The notes under the pieces are model-generated. The model was not told the origin of the DNA. It searched no databases and saw only the letters and a program-made list of their open reading frames with translations. The translations under genes and the position numbers were made by a program. A DNA stretch of 63,945 bases, the filler included, from Aduncisulcus paluster (taxonomy: Eukaryota), in NCBI GenBank assembly GCA_024181965.1. It is 12 parts of 12 records of this genome, joined end to end, with 100 filler letters (N's around TTAATTAATTAA, not from the genome) between each part and the next. Parts side by side here need not be neighbours in the genome. Positions count along the whole stretch, not along the records: positions 55,737 to 58,297 come from BQXS01012364.1; positions 58,398 to 61,938 come from BQXS01012365.1; positions 62,039 to 63,945 come from BQXS01012373.1; 9 more parts are not named here. One strand, written 5' to 3'. Shown here one piece after another: positions 55,946-63,945 of this stretch (position 1 is its first letter; each line of letters starts with the position of its first letter).

Positions 55946-56300
55946 TAACATCATTTTATTTGTCAATTTCACTTCGAATACAAAAAACAAATGAACTTCA
56001 TTTGAAGGGGACAAAACAATCAAATGTATTTGGAAAATTGGGAATTAATCGTTAACATTTCAATTTGAATACAATGAATGATTGAAAAAAACATGATATT
56101 CAAAGTTTGATTCAAACAAAAAGAAACAGCGGTAGAATTGAAAATAATGTTTAAGAGTTTTTTGATTTATATGGTTTTAATGTCGAAGAAAGATTGTTTG
56201 TTTGACTAAATTACGATATAATAATAATAAAACAATATATATTTCCAAAGAATTCAATTATAAATTAGCAAATATTAATTTTTTTTAGTTTTACATGACA

Positions 56301-58297
56301 CTATTTTTCTGCTTCCTCTTCTGCTTCAAGATCTATTCCTAGTTCTTTCCCTTTTTCTGTGACTTTAATTAACATTTTCTGCAATGCATCGGCACTCGTT
56401 ACAGCTGACTTCTTGCTTGAATTTGTGACCTTCTTTGCTCGTTGTGCATAAGTCAAACTGTTGAGGGTCTCATCTCGATTGTACAGTGAAGGACTGACCA
56501 TAACAAACATCAGAGTCTTGGCAGTTCCACCAATACTATCCATCATGAGGTATGTAAGCTTATTCTGACGGTACGGGACGTACGGTTTGCCGCTAGACAG
56601 GGCTGAAATAACAGCTCCAAGGGCACTCAGACTCAAGTTAATACTCTGAGCTTCTTTCATGCGCTCTCCTTCTGCTTTAGTCTTCCCAGCTCTCTCTGAT
56701 CCTGCCAGATCGATCAAATTCAGTTTTCCGATGGTCTCCTTTTTAGTTGTAAGATCTTTGCCGTGAATGACAAAACACATGACCAGATGTGAACGACTAG
56801 ATGCATCGTTCATCTCTGTTTTGGCAGTCTTTCGATGACTCTCACCAAGCTCAATAGCCTTCATGGCACCATCGTAGTTATGAATTGGGACAGTCTTGGC
56901 ACCAAGGACGACAGTTCGACCATCGACTTGTTTGATTTCATATTTTTTCCCACTGGCCTCTTTCTCAGGAACTAGCAAATCTCTAAGGTTATCATTGTAT
57001 AACTCAACCATCCACATATCGACAGAATACTCAAACCGACCTTTGCCTTCCTCAACGGTGTTGAACAAGGTCTCGAGAGCACGCGGAGTAATACCATTCT
57101 TGCTCTTTCCGTCCCCCATCATAGTGTATGTCTTTCCAGATCCAGTCTGACCATATGCAAAGATACACACGTTATAGCCATCCAACGCAGATTGTACAAG
57201 CAATTGGGTATCCTCAAACACTTCATCTTGGGAGGAATCTGGGTTGAATGTACGATCAAAAGTATACCGTTTTCCACCGGGACGAGTGCCGTCTCCAACT
57301 TGTAGGGAGAATTTATCAGGGAAAGCAACACAATTCCCAGCTTCTTCAGGTGGCTTTGATCTCTCCGTAGAATTCATTGGACGACATCTGCAGAAAACAC
57401 GGATCTTTCCTTTCATGTCTTGGATCTTATTATAGTAAGCTTTCCTTTGAACGGCTTCATTGGCAATCAGGGAAGTCATGAAGGGGATCGAAGCCTCGGA
57501 ATCCTGAATGTTGTTGTTTAGTTTCTCACTTTGAGTTTTGAGAACTTCAGTATCTTTCTGGATTTGAAGAATGGCCCCAAGTTTCTTTTCATATTTGCCA
57601 ATGGCCTTTTTAACCTTTTCAATCTCTTCTTTCTTCTTTGTGTTCTGAGCGGCAAGAGACACTTCGTCTTCTTTCCCTTTCTCTTCTTGCTCAAGCTTAT
57701 GAGCCTTCGAATCCTCAAGTTGTTTGATTTCCTTCTGCAAATCGTTGACTTGGGCTTCGACATTCTCAGCAGCCTCAGTGAGAGTCTTGAGCTCAGCTTC
57801 AAGAGAAGAGAGTTTTTCTTTCTGATCCTGCATCTCAGCGTTTTTCTCAGCAGTGTCATTAACCATGGCTTCGATCTCTTTGTTAATCTCTACCAAAGCT
57901 TCCTCACATTCCTCGAGTCTCTTCTGGGCCCTCTTCTCGCTCTCGATGGCTTCAAGGCGTCTTTCTTTCTCTTCTTCAATCTTCTTCCGGAGTTTCTCAA
58001 GATCATAATCAGTGATATCGGTGTCACCGGTATCTATTTTCTCAACAATAGTCGATAATTTCAGTCTAATCTCGGTTTCCCGTTCTTCACGGCGTTTCTT
58101 GTTGGCTTCGGCGATTCCATCAAGCTCTCCTTCCAGTACCTTATCCTTGGCATCTTCTTCTTCCTCAAGCTTCTTCTTCTCTCCTTCTCTCTTCATAAAG
58201 ATCAGAGTCTCATCCTCTTCTTCCTCTTCTTCACCGCCTTCAGCCTTCTTCCTCTCTCTCTCGGCTTCTTCTTCAGCTCTCTTCTTCTTCTCCTCTT
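56301..58297 (-). CDS. Kinesin-14 (C-terminal motor), 5' truncated
   Basis: Coiled coil, neck RKAYYNKIQDMKGKIRVFCR, GQTGSGKT, SSRSH, DLAGSE, VPYR. Confidence 0.95.
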
Positions 58298-58397
58298 NNN
58301 NNNNNNNNNNNNNNNNNNNNNNNNNNNNNNNNNNNNNNNNNTTAATTAATTAANNNNNNNNNNNNNNNNNNNNNNNNNNNNNNNNNNNNNNNNNNNN

Positions 58398-58718
58398 CAC
58401 ACAAAGGAGTGATGTCAGAGGCCCGCGTCAAGGTATTTGGGTCTGCCCTATGCATGAGCTCCCCTACTTGTGGCTCAAGAGGATCCTTCTTGGGGGCTTG
58501 CACAATATCCATGCCTGGGTCTTGCTTGATAGCACCACCTTGTGTTCCTAGACTGTGTGTGAGTGGAGAAGCAGCATGTGATGTCAAGGAGGTAGGTGAG
58601 GCCAAGGTGGAAGAGGAAGAGGAGGAAGAGGAGGAAGAGGAAGGGATGGAAATAGAACTTGGAGGCACATCGGAACTAGGTGGGAAACTGGTGGGATGGA
58701 TATCAGAAAGGGGCAAAG
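58398..58718. repeat. 321-bp inverted repeat with 61485..61805
   Basis: One difference seen (TRAS vs TRTS codon). Confidence 0.95.
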
Positions 58719-59391
58719 AATCAATTTGTGGTGAAACTTCCCTTATAAATAGAATAGAATCAATGCGGGTGAAGTTAGCATTTCTTGAACGTTCCATCCC
58801 TTTTCCTTCAATTTCGACTGTCAATACATCTGATAAACCAACAGGAAGATAAAACCACTTGGAAATATCGTCAAAAAGATGAAGTGGATTTGTCGAGAAA
58901 TGAAATATTCTGGCTATTTTGTCTCCAGATGCTAGAGTGAATAGAAATGAGAGAGAGATTGGTCCAAATTGCGAATTAACACATATTGCAATTTTTTTTA
59001 TCGATGAAGCAGCGTGAAAAGGAATAAATAGATATGAAAAACACAGAAATCCTTCTCCCAAAAGCATTGATAGAGCAGCAGATTTTGGAGAATATCTTGG
59101 GTGTAATTTTAAAAATTCCCCAATTTTTACAACAATATAATCATAATTGGGTGTAATTATTGAAGAATCAAATCTTGAAATTGGTGGTTCATTGGAGGAA
59201 CTTTCACATATAAATATTGATTTAATTTGCTCCTAAAATGTAAATGGTCATATATATATATAAAAAAAAATATCATCAGATAAAAGAGGATTGTTCGATC
59301 CGAGATTCTCCAAGAATCGATTCGAGAACAACATTCAGAACGAGAAAAATAATTAACATACAAGATTAGGGATAGATGTCGTAGTGCCCAT
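58398..59391 (-). CDS. N-myristoylation motif + family domain + Ser-rich linker, presumably leading into a kinase; exons 59362..59391 and 58398..59232
   Basis: 30-nt exon MGTTTSIPNL, 129-nt phase-0 intron GTATGT…TTTTAG (59233-59361), then a full family domain and a linker identical to that of 59672..61938 but for one substitution. Confidence 0.78.
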
Positions 59392-59671
59392 CTATTTTTT
59401 TTTTTTTTTTTTTTTTGTTTTGTTTTGGCTTGACAAAGAAACTATTGGACTCGCAGCAAATCGACTCGATTTCGGAAATGGTCTGGAAATCGGATACAAA
59501 TGCAATCTCTCAAAAAATCTGAATTATTATAAAATAATAAAAATATACACTTTCTTCGGAGTCCGAGTCTTTCCAATGAGATTTGATCTTCTTGCCATTA
59601 GTAGACGCCCAGATATTAATAATCTGGGCCAGATTTGAATCGGATTCCCTGCCATTCATTTTTGAAATTTA

Positions 59672-61938
59672 ATGATTCCTTCATCTCACATTTATTTTTT
59701 TTCAAAGCGATCTATTCCCCATGTTGCTTTAATTTCAATCATTGTGTCCTTGTATATAGCCCCCATTCTTTCAATTCCGTTGTATAATTACCAAGATTCA
59801 GAGGAATTCCGGGTTGATAATATCGATGGTTTGTTTAACCACCAAAATACTACTCGGACTCAGAATATTAATAGGAGTCCTATTTCAGAAGTCATTACAA
59901 TCTTCGATTACAGTACCATGCAAAACAGAGCATATTTGGGGCCATTCCTAATTAATATGTGTATATCATGCCTAATTTTATGGTTTTATAATCTGGGGAT
60001 AACATCTTCCAAAATGGACGGAAGCTCCAAATTTTCAAGAATATTGATTTCTATTTTGCCAATTCTTATCTGTTTTTATACATTTTGGGCCTTTAGGCAG
60101 ATTTCAAACCCGTATAATGATTATAAAAATTTCAACATTCCCAATATTTCTCGAGTATTAGGTACATTTCAGCTATGTTTTGCTATTTTCTTGGCACTGA
60201 ATCTGGATAAACAACGTGATTGGCCCAATTATTTCGACAGGAGTACAGTTTCAGCGATGATTCCCTATGGATTCTGTGGATTAGCCACAATGTTCCACAA
60301 TAATCCCAGTTTTGTCAATGATGATATTAGTTTCAACAAAACTATTGTCATATTTGTTGTGTTACTTCTTATATTTGTCACTATATTCACTGTTGTTCCT
60401 ATTCCAAAGAAATATCCTGTTTTGTTGCCACATATCATTTCAATCAGTGGATTTGCTCTTGAAACTATCATTGTTGGGGTTAAATTCTCAAATTCTTATT
60501 GTATTCTTATTGGAATATCAATTTTGTTGGTTCTTATTTCCGTGTTTTCCCATTTTATCATCATCACCAAAATAGGTTGGGATTCGAAGTTTGGAACAGT
60601 ATTATTGGTCATTCTCTCTGCTATTTCCTCCTTTTGTTTCATTCTATACAATTGGCATGCTTCATCTTCACAAGTGATCTTTTATATATTTGTGGTAATT
60701 GCCATTTTTACCCTAATTGGAGCTTTTTTTGGTCATTTCTGCAAGAAAAAGTCACAACCAGAACAAATTGAGAGAAAATATTATGATATCGATTTTTATT
60801 CCCCAATAATTTACTTTTTTTTGACATTTATTTCTGGTTATTGTTTTTCAGTCTTTATTTTGGCCTTTTTTTTTGAATATTCTAATGTAAGGCTTGATTA
60901 CCTTATTGATGGAATTGGAATAGGATTCATTGATTTTGTTCTTATTTCTGGCGATTTTTATGGAAGATCATTGCTTTATGGAGAAAAACTATATGATTCC
61001 AAATTCTTTTCATATTTTGTCTGTGCAATTTTCTTACCTTGCCTATTCTTTTATATTGACATTGATATTTATTGGTTGTCTTCATTGATGAGAGAAATGT
61101 GGATAATTGGTGGAACAATGATTGGTTCTGGTTTGGTTCGTATGAAGTGTAGTTTTGATATATTTCATAAGAAATATATTTCTGAAATATCTTCGGAATT
61201 CTGGGCATTATGTTTTGAGATAAGTCATGTACCGTCGGAATTTTGTTTGATTCTTTCATTAGATTTTGTAATTTTGATAAAATTATTCATATCTTTGTAT
61301 AATGGCTACAATAGTACTTGGTTTTATATCATTCTTTTTCTTTTTCTGACAATATTCCTTTCCTTGTGCCTATATTCTCGATGGAAATTTAAAGATTCAT
61401 ATTCCCATAACATTCCTCCAAGTGAACAATTGCATACTCAGATCATCCAACCAGATACAAATAGCTATGCTACAAATACAATTCCTTTGCCCCTTTCTGA
61501 TATCCATCCCACCAGTTTCCCACCTAGTTCCGATGTGCCTCCAAGTTCTATTTCCATCCCTTCCTCTTCCTCCTCTTCCTCCTCTTCCTCTTCCACCTTG
61601 GCCTCACCTACCTCCTTGACATCACATGCTGCTTCTCCACTCACACACAGTCTAGGAACACAAGGTGGTGCTATCAAGCAAGACCCAGGCATGGATATTG
61701 TGCAAGCCCCCAAGAAGGATCCTCTTGAGCCACAAGTAGGGGAGCTCATGCATAGGGCAGACCCAAATACCTTGACGCGGACCTCTGACATCACTCCTTT
61801 GTGTGTCATTGGACATGGTGGGTTTGGTGAGGTAGAACTGGTTCAGATTGCTGGGCTTGCAACGCCGTGTGTTCTGAAGAAGATGCTGCGTGTGGGTGAT
61901 GAAAAGGTTGTTGAAAGGTGCAAGAAAGAGTTTGACAC
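59672..61938 (+). CDS. Multi-pass membrane protein + Ser-rich linker + start of protein kinase domain, 3' truncated
   Basis: Leader peptide, more than 10 hydrophobic segments, then IGHGGFGEV…VLKK…KKEF (kinase subdomains I-III). Confidence 0.8.
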
Positions 61939-62040
61939 NNNNNNNNNNNNNNNNNNNNNNNNNNNNNNNNNNNNNNNNNNNNTTAATTAATTAANNNNNN
62001 NNNNNNNNNNNNNNNNNNNNNNNNNNNNNNNNNNNNNNAA

Positions 62041-62460
62041 CTTGCAGCTATCATGGCCAGGCAACCAGCTCAAGGATACAATATTCTCATGATTCTCACT
62101 GACGGTCAAGCCAACGATATTCGTCAAACAGTTGATGCTATTGTTGAAGCCTCCAAGCTTCCGTTGTCAATTGTTATCATTGGTATTGGTAAAGCTGACT
62201 TTAGTGCTATGGAATTCCTCGATGGAGACGAGACTGGTGGTTTGACTTCAAGTAGAATGGTCAAAGCAGAGAGAGACAATGTCCAATTTGTGGAGTTCAG
62301 CAAGTACGAACGCACTCCTCATTTGCTTGCAGAAGAGGTTCTCAGAGAAATCCCTCAGCAAGTTCTTGATTACTCAAAAAAGACTGGAATGGTTCCAATT
62401 TCTCGAGCTGAAATTCTTGGACGTTTGCCACCTGGTGAAGCTTCTTCTCCAATGCTATAA
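62041..62460 (+). CDS. Copine vWA domain C-terminus, 5' truncated
   Basis: YNILMILTDG, AIVEASKLPLSIVIIGIG, DFSAMEFLDGD, RDNVQFV, VLREIPQQV. Confidence 0.93.
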   Translation, partial: LAAIMARQPAQGYNILMILTDGQANDIRQTVDAIVEASKLPLSIVIIGIGKADFSAMEFLDGDETGGLTSSRMVKAERDNVQFVEFSKYERTPHLLAEEVLREIPQQVLDYSKKTGMVPISRAEILGRLPPGEASSPML

Positions 62461-63001
62461 ATAGATCTTTTGAGAAAGAAGGGGAATTTTAATGAGTCAT
62501 TTTTTTTACTATAATCAAAAGTGTTCAGTTACTACCGTTTTTTTTTGTTTGTTTTTCTTTCAAAAACTTTTTTCATTGTTGATTTTTTATCTTTCTTTGT
62601 TAGACTATGCAGATGTCTATTTAATTAATTGAGTTTTACTGGCGACATTTCCTCCTCTGAGAAGGAAAATGCCATTCCACTTGAAATGTTAGAATAATTG
62701 ACACCTTTGTACTTTTGACACGTTTGAAGACAGAAAGAACAAAATTTCTGCAGCTCAAAGGTTCAAAATTTAAACAATTAACATCATGATGATCAAAAAT
62801 ACTAACATCAGCCAGACAATCTTATGAAGTCTTTTTGACCAGAATTCCAACCATAATTGGTTTAATAAATCCCACAATGGCCCCCATTGAGGCTCCTTTT
62901 GTCCAGGAAAAATAAAAATCATCTAAGAAAAAGGTAGATCTAAGATGGATCTAGATATACACTTGAATTTCTCGCTCGTTTGAATGGCCAATCTCTTGTT
63001 T

Positions 63002-63943
63002 TCATTTTCTAGAATAATGAACAGTGGTATTGCTATGATCAATTTCAATATCATTCGAACTGGAAACATCAGATGTCGATTCTTCCTCTTCTTCTTCAGC
63101 ATCAATAACGGGCATTCCTGTTCGTTCATAAAATCTTCCATTTCGTTCAAAGCGTCCCGAATTTCCTCCCTCCAAGAATTCATTAGCGTTCTCTGAATCA
63201 TCAAGCATCGAAAACCTCTCTTCTTTTTCTTCTGATGAAAACGCATGCGTTGCATCACTTTCTTTGATCTTGATAGGGGTATGTCCAGATTCATCTTTAT
63301 GATCCCTTGATGTTAAGGCCCTTGCCTTCTCATACTCGTGGTCAATTATTCTGGTTGATGATGGCACTCGTGCTGATTTCGAAGAGGGAATCTGACCTCG
63401 ATGCTCATGAAATTCTTCTGGAATAGTACCCAATGCTAATTCTGCGTCTTCGTATTTATCGTCATCTTGGGAGATGTCATCTGAATATTGATGTTGCTTT
63501 GGTAATGTTAATACAGTTTCACCTGCTCGAGATTCTTTGACCATTCTGTCGAATTGATACTTACTTTCTTGGATTTCATCCTGAATTACCTTTTCATCTT
63601 CCAATTGACAAATTTCAGCTTCAAGAATACGACGTTGACGACGATCCATTGCATCTTTGAGCTTTGTTTCATCATAACACCATCCAAATTTCCTTCCATT
63701 TCTCCACAAATACTCGCCAAATCCAACACCACCACTTCCTTTGCCAGCATTAACAACCAACCATCCGCTCACAAGTTCCTTTTCCGTTTGTTTATCCTCC
63801 CCAACTCCATATCCAACACCTCTTTTTCTTCCCTCATAAGAGAGGGACGAGGAGGAGTGATCATGTTGTTTCTTTCCACGGTGTTTGAGTGAAGAAGATG
63901 AAGACTTAAGCTCCTTGATATGATCTTTCTCAAAGAAATTCAA
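63002..63943 (-). CDS. Hypothetical protein, 5' part outside window
   Basis: Open frame of more than 300 codons from the window edge. Confidence 0.6.
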   Translation of the reverse strand: MNFFEKDHIKELKSSSSSLKHRGKKQHDHSSSSLSYEGRKRGVGYGVGEDKQTEKELVSGWLVVNAGKGSGGVGFGEYLWRNGRKFGWCYDETKLKDAMDRRQRRILEAEICQLEDEKVIQDEIQESKYQFDRMVKESRAGETVLTLPKQHQYSDDISQDDDKYEDAELALGTIPEEFHEHRGQIPSSKSARVPSSTRIIDHEYEKARALTSRDHKDESGHTPIKIKESDATHAFSSEEKEERFSMLDDSENANEFLEGGNSGRFERNGRFYERTGMPVIDAEEEEEESTSDVSSSNDIEIDHSNTTVHYSRK

Positions 63944-63945
63944 GG

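Noticed and set aside
59372..59416. Hairpin + poly(T) resembling an intrinsic terminator
   Set aside because: Eukaryotic DNA; the hairpin overlaps the micro-exon and the T run is its upstream A-tract.

Overview
Eukaryotic DNA: AT-rich intergenic sequence, GTATGT...AG spliceosomal introns, standard code. The window is 12 unlinked contigs joined by eleven artificial 100-nt linkers (N44-TTAATTAATTAA-N44), so many genes are cut at contig edges and adjacency across linkers means nothing. The gene mix (annexin, BPI-like, Moco-sulfurase-like, beta-amylase, expanded lineage-specific families) suggests a free-living fornicate/metamonad such as Aduncisulcus; this is an inference, not verified. Recognisable genes: Sey1/RHD3 GTPase, P5B ATPase, AATF/Bfr2, Moco-sulfurase-like PLP enzyme, tectonin-like propeller, RNase H, annexin, Rab5-family GTPase, beta-amylase, V-ATPase c, kinesin-14, copine. 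Most interesting: (1) a scrambled Fanzor/TnpB-like RuvC nuclease (D-E-D triad in one frame) next to MULE transposase fragments, with a candidate omegaRNA and a phased TGTTGCA repeat array; (2) an expanded ~170-aa domain family deployed with different lipid anchors (CaaX, N-myristoyl via a micro-exon) and joined to a near-identical linker-kinase cassette that also carries a multi-TM N-terminus; (3) a ~1.6-kb inverted duplication whose spacer is far better conserved than its genes; (4) a highly structured, poly(A)-tailed non-coding element; (5) an orphan TOR-type FATC fragment.
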